A program made the position numbers and the translations under genes. Under the pieces are notes generated by a model. The model was not told where the DNA came from. It saw only the letters and a list, made by a program, of their open reading frames with translations, and did no database searches. Shown piece by piece: positions 1 to 13,420 of a stretch of 64,000 nucleotides of DNA (the first letter of the stretch is position 1; every line of letters starts with the position of its first letter). This stretch comes from Eledone cirrhosa (taxonomy: Eukaryota): positions 34,782,001 to 34,846,000 of the forward strand of contig OZ024746.1 of the NCBI GenBank assembly GCA_964016885.1, read 5' to 3'.

Positions 1-46
1 AAAATAGCTAAATATAACATGTTTATAGGCTAACAAATTCAACGTA

Positions 47-86
<40 letters not shown>

Positions 87-122
87 ATTAATAAATGGAA
101 ACTATATTTATAAAACCATATT

Positions 123-183
123 TATTCTATTATATATATTTCAAGGGTACCAACATTTTTGTACAGCTCATCAGATAAAATAC
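123..183 (-). ncRNA. Minimal type-I hammerhead ribozyme (intact core)
   Basis: Minus strand reads tattttat-CTGATGA-stem II-GAAA-tatata-TA-atagaata; stem I closes around the core. Confidence 0.8.
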
Positions 184-247
184 AAAGTTTTTTTCATAAA
201 TATTGACTACCCAGGAATGAGACCTTACCGGTTCAAGTTTCTTAGTT

Positions 248-2120
248 TCAAATTTATATGGTATTGAAAAGGACGCGTATAATAACCTAATATTGAAGGA
301 ACTCAGGAAAAACTATAAAAGGACACCAAATGAAGATCTTTCAACTCTAAATAGAGAGCCTTCGGAAATTAATTATAAATTAGGCATGCAAAATAAGACA
401 GAACCCTTTATACCTTGAAAGCCGAAGGTTAATTTGAAGGACCACAAAAGAAAGTTTGATGTAGAACTACCAGTCAGACTCATCGCACCATCTAAATCTG
501 ACTTAGGCATAATTAGCAAACATATACTAAATAGAATTATACCACTTCGTAAAGAAAAAACCACACCTTAAACTATGGAACGGTACTAATGAAGTAATAG
601 ATTGGTTTAAAAACATAAAATTAAAACTTAAGAAAAAATGTATTGAAATGGATATTGCAAATTACTACTCCTCTATTATCCCTAGCTTACTTAATAAGGC
701 ACTTATTTGCGCTTCTAAAAATACGGACCTATCTAGTGAAGAAATGAATATCATTCTAACCGCACGTAAAACCCTAATAGAATATAATAACCATCTCTGG
801 ACCAAGCTGATAGGCAAAACAATTTTGATATTACTATGGGATCATCTGATTCAGCTAAAGTAACATACCTCGTTGGATTATTTATTATTAATGTACTGCA
901 TAGAAAAATGCCAGAGATGACCGGAGGTTTATATCGTGACGATATGTTACTTTTAATCGAAAACCATAGCAATAGTGAAATTAATAGGAAAAAGAAATCC
1001 ACAATACAGTTTTTCAACAATTACAACTTTAATTTAGAAATCGAGAATAATTATAAAATCGTTAACTTCTTAGATGTAACTTTAAATCTTAGCTCAGGCC
1101 TTTATTATCATTTCCATAAAATTAATGAAAATCTAAATTACGTAAGTTTCCATTCTATTCATCCTAGAAATATAAAATATACTATTGTCAGTAGTGTCCA
1201 GCAACGAATTTCACGCATAACAGCTGATACAAATATTTTTGATAATAAGGCAGAATATTACAATTAGGCTTTACATAGAGCTGGATTCTCGAATAAAATT
1301 CAATACTTAGATAACAATAACATGTTAAATAATCCTAAAATTCATTATAATACTAATAAGCAATTCAACTTAAATAGTAAACCATACAAAAAAACTAGAA
1401 TTAGAAATATTATTTGGTACACTTCCCCATTCTCATTAGGTGTTAAAACACCTGTAGCCAAACTATTTTTCAAAGGATAAGTGTTTTCCTAAAGCCCACA
1501 TACAACTCAAATTTTAACAGACACACTATAACACTATCTTACTCTACTACTATGAACATACCACAAAATATTAATAGAATTAATAATAGAAACTTAAATT
1601 TAAACCCTAACCAAACAAATCAAGATAACAATAATAATATTTCTAATAACAATATCCATTCTAATAGTACCGTTTCTAGTAAAAACAACTCCCGAAAATG
1701 TACCTGTAGAATTGAATCAAACTGCCCTTTACAAAACAATTGCTTAGATAAAAACTATAATATATAAATGCACAGTAAAAATTAGAGACGAAATATTTAA
1801 CTATATAGGTGCCACTTCTACAAAATTGAAAGAACGCTGGTATAATCACAAACATACATTTAATAGCTCCGATAAAAAATCTTCAAATTCACTTTCACAT
1901 CTAATTTTGTATTTAAAGGACAATAATTAACACTATTCAATATCTTGGGGAACGATTTCGAAAGCACCTGCATACCAAAATATGGCTTTCTCAAGAATAT
2001 GTCATTTTTGTATCAAGGAAATATTTTATACACTTAACTGTCGAATTCTATTAATTTAAAAAACGAATAATTCAGTTTTTGTAGACCTCGCCAAAGAACA
2101 ACTTTCCGAAGTATTTTTAA
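248..2120 (+). pseudogene. Decayed PLE reverse transcriptase / GIY-YIG endonuclease ORF
   Basis: ORF pieces 648-863, 836-1267 and 1552-1767 are colinear RT/thumb/EN segments broken by stops and frameshifts. Confidence 0.9.
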
Positions 2121-2191
2121 TCTATAATATTACACTTGACTACATCTTATGTCTTTAAAATGGTTCCGTTGTTTAGTGATGTTTTTTTTTC

Positions 2192-2248
2192 TAAATGATT
2201 TTTTTAAATGATTTTTAAATGATTTTTCAAATGATTTTTTTAAATGAT
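2192..2248. repeat. Short tandem repeat AAATGATTTTT(T), about 5 copies, in the PLE 3' UTR
   Basis: Seen directly. Confidence 0.75.
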
Positions 2249-3401
2249 CCTTTTCTTCTTAAATTAATATTTTTACCAATGATATTCTGTTCATAATGGT
2301 ACTCTTCTTAATGTATTTTTTTGTTTTTAGGTTGATACCTTTAAATTAATATTTTGAATGATATCCTCTTTACCATAGTTCTTCTAAATGCACTCTTGAC
2401 TTAGCTAATAATATAATTTTTCCTGTGTTATAATTTTCAAGGTTTTTCACACATCTATCGACGTAGATAGTACCTAAATACATATATAAAGGAAATTCTC
2501 ATCTTTGAAATCATGTAATATAAAATATCTTATAATCTCACACAAAATAATATATCATTTTCTCTACATACTTTCCGCATTTTCTAAGAGAATTATTCAT
2601 CAAATCTAATATTAATAGTTTAACAAATAATATTGGAGTTATCTTCTCCTTTACAATTGAGAAAACAAGGACATAATAACTTGTATGTTAAATTCTATGT
2701 AATTTCGCTAACTTAATAATTTTCTGTAAATATTTTCAATTTTTGATGAAACTTTTTGAATGTACAAAATGTTCTTCTCTTAAAATTTGAACTACGTCTT
2801 TTTCTTAACTATATATTTAAAATGTATAATCAACATCCTTCGTAACTTACATTATACATATAAACAAATTAATACGTGTGTTCTATATCTATAAAAAATA
2901 CCAGCATATAATCAGCAATAATATTTACATTTATACACTTATTAAACTGTATAGATATTTATATACTTACAACCTGTTGTAATATAATAAGATAGAACAA
3001 CCGTAATTCTTCATATAATCTAATTGTAATGATTAAATATATAATATTATAACTCAAGATTTAGTCAAATATTTTTTTAATTCTGGATTGATATTCCACC
3101 ACTTCAACAAACTTTTAATTTTTAACGTTTCAATTTTTTTAATTCACGTACACTGTAATAATATAAATACATATATATATATATTAATAATTATTTAAAT
3201 CTACCTAGCGTCTAAAAATAAAGATTTTTTTTCAGCCCTACGCTTCAACTTCATTTGCATCTTCATCCAAAAAATTTGAAATATTTGCTTTTTCCTTTAT
3301 TCCTCTTTAACCTTTTCCCCTCTTTTCTTTCACTATCCAGACGAAAGTTGAACCGTTAAGGTCTCATTCCTGAGTATGTCAACATTTATAAAACAAACTT
3401 T

Positions 3402-3463
3402 GTATTTTATATGATGAGCGCGTACCAAAGTTTTGGTACCCTTGAAATATATATAATAGAATA
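3402..3463 (+). ncRNA. Hammerhead motif in the 3' pseudo-LTR, core decayed (ATGATGA)
   Basis: tattttat-ATGATGA-gcgcgtaccaaagttttggtaccctt-GAAA-tatata-TA-atagaata. Confidence 0.7.
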
Positions 3464-3591
3464 AATATGGTTTTATAAATATAGTTTCCCTTTATTAATA
3501 TCATTGATATTATACTCCAGAAAACTGTCGAGTGCTTCGAATATGATATAAATATATTTGTTGAATGACCAACAAATTAAATATCCCTTTG

Positions 3592-3642
<51 letters not shown>

Positions 3643-5139
3643 CAGAGGAATTGTGGTAAGGAACCAGATAGACCATAACGCACGAGAGTACTCAATACTT
3701 AGGGTAGTAGAGTGGGTAATAGTAGAAAGTATGACCTCGAGGGCAGAGATCAAGCCGTTTCGACGGCTATTTCTGGACTAAAGTATGACTTTTTTACTCT
3801 GGTAAATAAATAGCCGAACATTTCTAGGGTACTTCCTTATATGGAAATATTGTAGTTGTCAAGTGGATTGGTCAAAATTTGTAGAGGATACAGAAAAGTC
3901 TATCATGGCAGTGGGTGCTCATTGGCGATGGCTGAACTTGCCTGTAGAACAATAGAGGAGTGGGTAGAGCCGATCAAACGTAGACGGTGAAATCTACAAG
4001 GCAAATTCAAAGACTAGAGGAGGTTGGCGAAAAAATGGTATCTTTAGAAAGTGGAGGAGGGACGTTATAGAGATAGTAAATCAAATGCGATTAGGGGACA
4101 AAGAAAAAATATAATAAAAAAGAATATAACTAAAAAAATGAGCGAAATATGTAACAGAAAGTAAGATTGGAAAGTAAGAATTGGAAAAAGGAGTCTAACA
4201 CAGCTGCTATATTTCGGCCAAAGCCACAGAATGAGTTGCTAGATGAGAATAATTGAAAAGTTTAGTATTAAAAATTTAGTATACTATGGCAATGGCATAT
4301 ATAGATACAGCGTAGAATCAAAACAATAACATCGATAATAAAATATAATGATAAAGAGGTAAAGAAGTTACAGATGTAAAAAGTTAAAAAAAGAAAGAAA
4401 GAAATAAGTAAAAGAATATATAAGTCCAGAATACGATAGTTGATAATAGTGGTGGTGGTGAGTAAGTGCCTGTATAAGAATGTGGGGTTGGAGGTAGTAC
4501 TAACATGAAAAGCAACATTAGATACATACATACATACGTGTAGAGAATAAGAGGTAGTTACAAATGACAGATAAAAGATAAAAACCAATAAATTAAAAAT
4601 TAACTGAGAGATACGAGGATGAAACATAAGGGCTTAGGATCGACGCGGAAGGGGGGGGGGGGGGGGTTGATATGTGTGTGTGGTAAATGTTTAGCCTTCT
4701 GAGTGTCTTATCTTAATAGTGTTGATGTGGCTTCAGTGAGAGGGAGTGAAAGAAAGGTTAGGAGATTTATGATCGGTCAGTTGACAGATAATAACAGCGT
4801 GCTGGTATGTATACCGTACAATAAAATCCGGGTGTTTCAGCTTGAATTTTGGGATTGCTTGGTCGAATCATGGTGGTTTGAAATTTGTGAACTTGGTAGC
4901 TGCTTTGTGCCTACATAAAGTTAATCTTTCTATTTTGCTGTTAAGCAGCATCTTATCGTACTTTAAAATATGGAATAGCTCCATATATATATGGAGCGAA
5001 TGTATATACATATATATATATATAATATTAAGACTACTATTTATAGTTATGTATAATTTAAACTATAAACAGGGAAGGTCAGTAATTTATTACTACCTTA
5101 TTACCAGTAAGATAAATAGCTCCATGTAAGAACATCAGT

Positions 5140-5515
5140 TGTCCACAAGAATCAAAGCTATGTTCAAAATATTTATTCACTTACAATTGTTTCTTCCAAA
5201 CCTAGGCTTGTAGTCTTCGGAGCAATTTTTAATGTTTGTACATACAATTGACCTCCTACTCAACGCAAGAGACATACAGATACATATATATATTGATGTA
5301 CAGTGTGGAGCGACATATATTATACTATACTATATGTGTATAGTATCTCAAATTAAAATCCAAATTAAAATACATGCGACAAATAACACAGATAATGCAG
5401 GAGAATAGTTCAATAATCAGATCTAGTAGATAGTGTATGCGTTAGTCATACATGGGGCATGCAAATGTGTCTCATTTATATAAGAGTATTGTGTGGCAAG
5501 GTATTACAAGCACTT
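5140..5515 (-). mobile_element. Non-coding repeat (family C), probable PLE pseudo-LTR
   Basis: Colinear with 39160-39550 and partly with 24310-24395; contains a hammerhead-like motif. Confidence 0.65.
5176..5226 (-). ncRNA. Hammerhead-like motif with CCGAAGA core (family C)
   Basis: attgct-CCGAAGA-ctacaagcctaggtttggaa-GAAA-caattg-TA-agtgaa; palindromic loop III. Confidence 0.65.
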
Positions 5516-5807
5516 TAAGCGGGTAAGCAAGAGTATTACGGTGGTTGCAGTGTGATGGGGGGGGGGGTATTTTTTGTATAGATCAAATTAGTATGTGTGC
5601 AGAAAAAGAAAGTTATAGTTTTAACATCCACCACCATTTTCACATCCAGAAAAAGGGGGCTATAGTTTTCACATTCATCACATATGTTACTATGTATTCG
5701 TATTGAATGCCATTTGCAGTAAAGGATTGTAACGTATTGAAGCTCAGTCTTATTTAATCCATATTTATAGAATAGGTTCTTTCGCTTGCGAGAATTTACA
5801 GCGGTTT

Positions 5808-5811
5808 CTAT

Positions 5812-5890
<79 letters not shown>

Positions 5891-6006
5891 TTCGCTCAGG
5901 TTCATTCAGGTACTGCTCCTCTGTGTATTGCGTCTCTCTCTCTATCTCTATCCCTCCCTCTCCCATTCTCTCTTTCTCTTTCTCTCTGTCTCCCTGAAGC
6001 CACATA

Positions 6007-6038
<32 letters not shown>

Positions 6039-6056
6039 CTCTCTATACTTTAACTT

Positions 6057-6106
<50 letters not shown>

Positions 6107-6120
6107 TCTCTATACTTTAA

Positions 6121-6155
<35 letters not shown>
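5808..6155. repeat. (TA)n/(CT)n microsatellite cluster
   Basis: Seen directly; similar (TA)n tracts recur through the window. Confidence 0.9.
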
Positions 6156-6158
<3 letters not shown>

Positions 6159-6290
6159 GAGGTTATATTTAATTTGTTGGGATACAACAAGCTAAAAATA
6201 TGTTTATAACTGATATAAACCACTCAACAAATTATTGGAGTAAATATACAATATATTAACAAATGGAAGCTATATTTATAAAACCATATT

Positions 6291-6357
6291 TATTTTATTA
6301 TGCATATTTCAAGGGCCACCAAGACAGATTATGGTACGCTTTCATCAGATAAAATAC
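6291..6357 (-). ncRNA. Minimal hammerhead ribozyme (intact core)
   Basis: tattttat-CTGATGA-aagcgtacca...tggtggccctt-GAAA-tatgca-TA-ataaaata. Confidence 0.8.
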
Positions 6358-7669
6358 AATACAGATTAGTTTTATAAATAAATACTGACATACCCTGAAC
6401 AAATGCAACCTTACGCTTGGAGCTTCCTGGATAGTGGAGATATTAGATTTATTGTTATGATTTAGTATGCAAATGAGTGGGATTGCCAGTGGGAGAGAGT
6501 AAACGTGACTATATTTAAGTGAGAGAAAATATTAGTTATAAGGACAATTATAGCGTAAGTTTGTGTACGTGAGAGGAGAGAAGAAGCGAAGAAAACGGAT
6601 ATAGCGTGGATGAATAATACAACAGCCGGATTCATTATAATGATAGGTTGAAAAAATGTTATCTAAGGTTTAATTAATAAATTTGATTAAATGTTTAATT
6701 AATAATTTAATAGTTTAATCATTAGTTTAATGTATGTTAGATTATTAAAAAAAAAAAGATTTTTAAATTAAAAACTATTATATATTATTAGAAAAATATA
6801 TATTATTATTATAAAAACATGTATATTATTATTATAATAAAATATATATTCTCATTAATTATTAATTATTAAAAAATTGTAGGTTAAAAGTATCCAAATA
6901 ATTCTAAACCCATGGAAATTCCAAGAGTTTACAGAAGAATAATTCCTTATTTGTATTATAATAGCAGTACAGCGTAAAGGAAGTTATTAGTGATTTATTA
7001 ATAACTCAGATGACTCTAAGGATTAAATGCTATAAGGTTAAGAAGTTAAAAAGTAAAATTTTCTATCTTAAGAATGTAATTAGAATATGAATCGTATGTT
7101 ATTTTATACTAAGTCATACATTTATGAATTTATAAATTTATAAAGTTATAACAGTTAAAACATAAATTTACCCTGCCATAACGTCACAACATATAGAAAT
7201 TATAACATTTAATATTTTCATGAGAATATATTTAAAGCATAAAGCACAAAAAAACTCTTTCATAAGAATATATTTATAAAATATATTTAAAGTATAAATT
7301 TTAGGTTATACCACATATAAATCAAAAATCACTATGTTTATCATATATATATATAAACATTTGGATATATATATATATTAAGCATTTGAAAAATATAAGA
7401 ATATAGAAATATACACAATATAAAATATGAATTATAATTTTCCTATACCCGTCAGAGGAATTTTCAGAAAATTGTCCTTAAATCCTTCAGTAGGTTTATT
7501 CTTGAAAAATGTTTCAAGAAAACATTTTCTTTTCTTTAAGGGAGTTCCAAGCAGTCATATAAAAGGAATCTAACGATTTATCGATAGGTGTAATACTAAT
7601 AGAGGATATTATGTAAAAGAGATGAGTTATATATTACATTTTATATATAAATTTAAAAGTTGAATTCAA

Positions 7670-9535
7670 CCGATGTTTACAAGAACTGAATAAATTATTC
7701 CTTAAATTAACAGAATTCTTACTTTTTTAATATAAAGAATATTTCCTCTATACAAAGGGCAACATTTTCAGATAAAGCATTGAATGAAGGAGCTTTGGAG
7801 ATAATATTCCAATGTAAAGAATAGTTAATGCTCTTTGATTTGAGGTCCCATAGTAAATTAGATAGAGACGTTTAATATTCTTTTACTAATATTCGTAAAA
7901 GAGCATTTATGGTTATTAAAACGGGACTTAAAATCTGTGGAGGTAGAGCCTACATAATTAAAGGAATTTAGATTAGTTTTTACATTACAATTGTATACTA
8001 TATTTTTAACTAAACAATTATTATTTAGATTTATTTCTACAGTTATATTTATCTAAATTTAAGTTACTAGGAGCCGTACTATTATATTGGATATGGTTAG
8101 GTTTTAAGTTTCTATTATTAATTCTATTAATATTCTGCGCTAAATTACTAGTGGTGGAATACGATAATGTTATAGTATGTCTATTAAATATTGAGTAATA
8201 CCTATGTGTTCTAGGAAAGCATTTATCTAGAGCTTGAAATAATTTAGCCATAGGAGTGTTAATACTTAATGAGAAAGGAGGAGCGAAGCATAATTTATTT
8301 CTAGTTATATTTCTTTTTTTGTTTTTCGAGTTATTGTAAGGTTTTCTATTATAGTTGTTATAGTTATGGTTAGTTGGCACATCATTATTATCAATGTATT
8401 TAATTGTATTACTATATCCAGCTCTACCTAACGCTTCGTTATAATATTGTGCTTTATCTTCAAATATATTGTTATTAGCTGAAATTCTAGAAATACGTTG
8501 CTGCACATAATTTACTATAGTGTTTTTAACGGATCTGGGGTGATTGGAATTAAAGTTAACATAGATTAGGTTCTCATTTATTTTGTGAAATGGATAATAA
8601 AGACCTGTGTTAAGGTTTAACGTTACATCTAGAAAGTTAACTATTTTATAATTATTCTCTACTTCTACTTTAAGATTAAGGCAATTAAAATATTGTATGA
8701 TTAATTTCTTTTCCTATTTATTTCACAGTTATTATTTTCTATAAGTAGTAGCATATCGTCGCGATATAAACCACCGGTTATCTCCGGTATTTTCCTATGT
8801 AGAGTATTATTAATAAAACGCCCCACAAGATCCGTTATTTGTGCCGAATCGGATGACCCCATAGTAATATCGATATTACTATCTCTGTCTGCTCTATTTC
8901 AGAGGTGGTTGTTAAATTTAATTAATGTTTTCTGGGCAGTTAAGATAATGTACATTTTATTACTAGTTAAGTCTGTATGTTTAAATGCATATCTGAGGGT
9001 TTTATTAAGTAGAAAAGGAGTGATGGATGAGTAATAATTAGCAATATCCAATTGAATAAATTTATTATTATAGTTATATTTAATGTCCTTAAACCAGTCG
9101 ATAACTTCATTAGTACTTTTCCATAATTTTAAATAAGCTAATTCCTTAATTTGTGGTATGATTCTGTCTAAAATATTCTTGTTAATTATACCAAGGTCTG
9201 ATTTAGATAGTGCAATCAATCTAACTGGTAATTCAATTGCAAAATTTCTTTTATGGTCCTTCATATTCATTTTTGGTTTCCTAGGCATGAAGGGTGGTGT
9301 CCTATTTTCGATGCCTATTACCTACATTGTGTAAGAAGCTTCCGTATTTAGTTTTTCAAGGTCATCACTAGTTGTTTTATTGTATTTTTTCCTTAGTTCC
9401 TTCAATATAAGATCGTTATAAATATCCTTTTGCATTCCATAAAGATTGATGGTTTTATCTGACTTGACTAGAGTTGTTTCCGTCTTTTCAAAGCTTTTTA
9501 TATTAGCTTTGAGATTTCTGAGGTAATCCTGGCCT
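7670..9535 (-). pseudogene. Decayed PLE RT / GIY-YIG ORF
   Basis: Same domain order as 248-2120, with multiple frameshifts. Confidence 0.88.
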
Positions 9536-9783
9536 ACGAATATATATATATATGTATATGTATATTTGCTTTTATTTAAAGGAAATAAATGTGTGTTATA
9601 TTTAAATGAAAGCATCCAGCCAGGATGTTTCGTTTGTATTAAAGTTCAGATATTGCAAGCTATATTATTAAGCGAGTTGGAAAATGAGATTCTGTAAGAG
9701 TGGTTTTGATATAAAGCAAAGAAGAAATACACATAAGTTATTATTTTAAAATAGTTGTGAAATCAGGTGTTTACTCATGAGAC

Positions 9784-9833
<50 letters not shown>

Positions 9834-9974
9834 GGTTATGCACGAGTGCATTAATGTTTTCCAGGACACAGTGTTATGTACCGTGTAGTGGAATGTCAGC
9901 TTACAACAGAGTGGTGGTCAACGAAATGCAGAAAAAAAGGTGTATATTCCAGTTTAGCTATATTCCGGGGCGTG

Positions 9975-10290
9975 TATAAAGAATTAAAAAGAACAGAAAG
10001 ATGCAGTAAAAGAGATTTATTCGGTTCTTACGTACGTTTCAATAGACATCTATTTACCTAGATCTCGCTACATCTATAATATTATATATTTAGTAGAGTA
10101 TTCGATATCCAATGCACAATCGATCCCATATCATCTAATGATATGGGATCGATTGTGCATTGGATATCGAATGCTCTACTAAATATATAATATTATAGAT
10201 GTAGCGAGATCTAGGCAAATAGATGTCTATTGAAACGTACGTAAGAACCGAATAAATCTCTTTTACTGCATCTTTCTGTTCTTTTTAATT

Positions 10291-10296
<6 letters not shown>
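9975..10296. repeat. Near-perfect palindrome of about 320 bp, probably PLE-derived
   Basis: Centre gatcccatatcat-cta-atgatatgggatc near 10135; arms carry GAAA-cgtacg-TA (hammerhead helix-III signature). Confidence 0.88.
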
Positions 10297-10335
<39 letters not shown>

Positions 10336-10370
10336 TAGAGCAAACATCACGGACGCTCTATCTCAAAATT

Positions 10371-10408
10371 ATTTTTGAAGAGCATTAGAAATGCGCAACC
10401 GGTAAAAC
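10371..10408 (+). ncRNA. Decayed minimal hammerhead-like motif
   Basis: ttt-TTGAAGA-gcat(tagaa)atgc-GCAA-ccgg-TA-aaa: two core substitutions but correct geometry and palindromic loop. Confidence 0.45.
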
Positions 10409-10515
10409 TTAAAACCAAAACTGAATACTAACCAATACTATTACTAATTCTCACTTATTCCTAATTAAACTATTTTTCACTGTGAACAATTTGTCAGCAT
10501 TTTCTTTTCCGTTTA

Positions 10516-10551
<36 letters not shown>

Positions 10552-10678
10552 AAAGCTCTATTTAAATTGTTGGGATACAACAAGCAAATATTTTTATAAC
10601 TGATATAAAGCACTCAACAAATATTTGGAGTAAAATTACGATATTAACACATGGAAACTATATTTATAAAACCATATT

Positions 10679-10743
10679 TATTTCATTATACATATTTCAA
10701 GGACACCAAGTTAAATTATGGTGTGCTTTCATCAGATAAAATA
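10679..10743 (-). ncRNA. Minimal hammerhead ribozyme (intact core)
   Basis: tattttat-CTGATGA-aagcacacca...tggtgtcctt-GAAA-tatgta-TA-atgaaata. Confidence 0.8.
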
Positions 10744-10889
10744 TAATATAGATCAGATTTATAAATAAATATTGACATACCCTTAAAAAATTCAACCATT
10801 ACTGTTGGAAGGTCCCGGGAGCTTCCAACAGTAATGGTTGCATTTTTTAAGGGTATGTCAGTATTTATTTATAAAACTCATGTATATTA

Positions 10890-10954
10890 TATTTTATCTA
10901 ATGAAAGCACACCATAATTTAACTTGGAGTCCTTGAAATATGTATAATGAAATA
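10890..10954 (+). ncRNA. Hammerhead motif with decayed core (CTAATGA)
   Basis: Mirror copy of 10679-10743 with G>A in the core. Confidence 0.65.
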
Positions 10955-11084
10955 AATATGGTTTTATAAATATAGTTTCCATTTGTTAATATCGTATTTT
11001 TACTCCAAATATTTGTTGAGTGCTTTATATCAGTTATAAAAATATTTGCTTGTTGTATCCCAACAATTTAAATATAACTTTTAC

Positions 11085-11172
<88 letters not shown>

Positions 11173-12306
11173 GTCTCATGAGTAAACACCTGATTTCACA
11201 ACTATTTTAAAAATAATACCTTATGTGTATTTCTTCTTTGCTTTATATCAAAACCACTCTTTCAGATCTCATTTTGCAACTCGCTTAATAATATAGCTTG
11301 CAATATCTGAACTTTAATACAAACGAAAAATCCTGGCTGGATGCTTTCGTTTAAATATAACACAGATTTATTTCCTTTAAATAAAAGCAAATATATGTTC
11401 AATTCTCTGAGGCAATCATGTACTGTTTTACCCCTCGAAGGGGATAATGTCATTTTTTAAAAAATATGTGTACGTGGTTTACCTTTTATTCTCCGTTTTA
11501 TTTTTCTGATATAACTCTTTTATTTTATTCTTTAATTTCTAGCTTATTTTTTTTATTTAATACTCCGACATTGGTTTATACTTATTTTATATTCATTATA
11601 TTTATTTATTTATAATTTTATCAATTTATTATCCATTTATCTGCTTAGTTATTTCATAAATTTTGCTTGTCCACATTTTACATTTTATTTAATGCATTAT
11701 TTTTCATAATATTTAATGCATAATCTTTCATTTTTAATTTTACTATTAATATTTCAATTTTTATTTTTATCCTGTAATTATATAATTTTACACTTTTTTA
11801 AATTCTATTCAATACGTTTCGTTTATAAAACCATTACCATTGTTTCTTTTCCAGATTTTCTTTACAGGAATGTTGAATAAATGATATACATCGATTCTGT
11901 TTCCCTAAAACTACAGATAGCATTTAATAGTCAATATATATATTCATCTCTGAAGCCACTGATCTAAACACTCGAACGATATCGTTACATAACTGCTATG
12001 TAATTGTGAATGATTTGGAGCCGAGACGATGTTACATTGATCTCTCTCTCTCTTTCCCTCGGTATATTTATAAATATATATGCCAGTCCGTGTCTCTGTG
12101 AGTGTGTGCGTGTGTGTGTGTCTTTATATTTGTGTATGCATTTTTGGTGTATGGGAATGTGTGTGAGAGAGAGAGACAGACATAGAGTTTATGTGTGTGT
12201 GAGATAGAGATAGAGAAAGTTAGATAGATAGATATATAGAGAGAAAGAGAGAGAGAGAGACACAGGGAGAGAGAGAGAAAGAGAGATAGAGAGGGAGAGA
12301 GAGATG

Positions 12307-12352
<46 letters not shown>

Positions 12353-12769
12353 TGTACAGAGATTTTGAATCTTGCGTTTTGGATAATAAAGCTGCGTTCA
12401 TTAGGTAAGATAACGCAAGGAGGAAAAAATCAATAAAATTGATAAACGAATTAATGAGGGAGAGAGAAACAGGGATAGATCGCTAATACATATATATATG
12501 TTAAATGGATTATGTTTAAAGATAAAAGAAAATTTAAAATCAAGCATCAAATTAAATACAAAGGAATTAGATCTTTTATGAATAATTATAAAACTTTTTA
12601 CATTAATATGATATAGATGTATGGCATAGATACGGAAATATTAATGAATATTTAGTAATATATAGAGAAAGTGATACATAAAAAAAAATCAAAGTGAAGT
12701 CGAGAATGAAAAATTGATAAAGATATAAAATGAGACAGAAATGTTCAGTGAAGGAAAGAAGGATACAAA

Positions 12770-12834
<65 letters not shown>

Positions 12835-12954
12835 AAGTAAAGATAGAAAGACGAAAGGAACAAACAACGAAAGAATGGTTGTGAAAGATAAACATTACCA
12901 TATCAAGTATATAGGTACATATATGAATATAGATATGTAAGCGTGTGCGTGCTC

Positions 12955-13420
12955 GAGAGTGTATCTATGATGAGAAAGTTTGGTTCCTCGTCCAAGTTCG
13001 TAAAGCTTATACGCTTGTTTGAATGCAGTTGGAGTGCGGAAATCTGAGCACTTCAGGTTTTAAAATAGATTTCAGCAAAGTTCGTGAATTGGTCAACATT
13101 TTGTTTCTCTGTACATATGTACATGCATTCATATACAAAAAGATGGACAGGGAGAAGAAACTAACTATAATCTTGATGGGAAATTATTCAACATCCAATG
13201 TCTGCATGCTATGACTAAGCTTCGAAATGAACAGATCATTGAACTACAATATGCTGTGTATTGCGCTCTGGTAGCTTAGAATTGAAACACCCATCTCAGT
13301 AGCAATTACAATTTTATAGACTGGCGCTGGCGGTTAACATTCAAAACCATACACGAGACAAGTTATGTAGACACCCACCTCAATAGAATTCCAGCGTAAA
13401 AGGGTAGTCTCTAAAATATA
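12955..13420 (+). mobile_element. Degenerate RTE(-BovB-like) LINE RT fragment
   Basis: Manual translation gives MRKFGSSSKFVKLIRLF, DGKLFNIQCLHAMTK and IELQYAVYCALVA (decayed QYADDCAL), typical RTE RT motifs. Confidence 0.7.

Larger units (their letters stand above)
83..3592 (+). mobile_element. Penelope-like retroelement (family A, copy 1), 5'-truncated, with inverted partial pseudo-LTR at the 5' end
   Basis: Fragmented RT (IEMDIANYYSSI, GGLYRDD, FLDVTLNL) then Cys-rich linker and GIY-YIG (CTCRIESNCPL...YIGATST...WYNH). 83-240 is the reverse complement of about 3345-3505. (TA)n tracts flank both ends. Confidence 0.92.
6157..9540 (-). mobile_element. Penelope-like retroelement (family A, copy 2), 5'-truncated
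   Basis: Minus-strand ORF pieces 9322-9615, 8899-9288 (IQLDIANYYSSI) and 8021-8506, plus GGLYRDD near 8760 and YVGSTS near 7950, all homologous to copy 1. The 3' pseudo-LTR 6157-6435 matches about 3340-3592. (TA)n on both sides. Confidence 0.92.
10548..11087. mobile_element. Palindrome of about 540 bp made of two inverted family-A PLE pseudo-LTRs
   Basis: Arms homologous to 6157-6430; centre actgttggaag-gtcccgggag-cttccaacagt; (TA)n on both sides. Confidence 0.9.
9562..11396. repeat. Outer inverted repeat pair (about 9562-9787 / 11167-11396) enclosing nested insertions
   Basis: The two arms of about 225 bp are reverse complements with few mismatches; each abuts an internal (TA)n tract. Confidence 0.88.

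Noticed and set aside
9605-9660. Hammerhead in the outer inverted repeat (CTGAACT...GAAA-catcc/ggatg)
   Set aside because: The core deviates in both arms and stem I is not supported.
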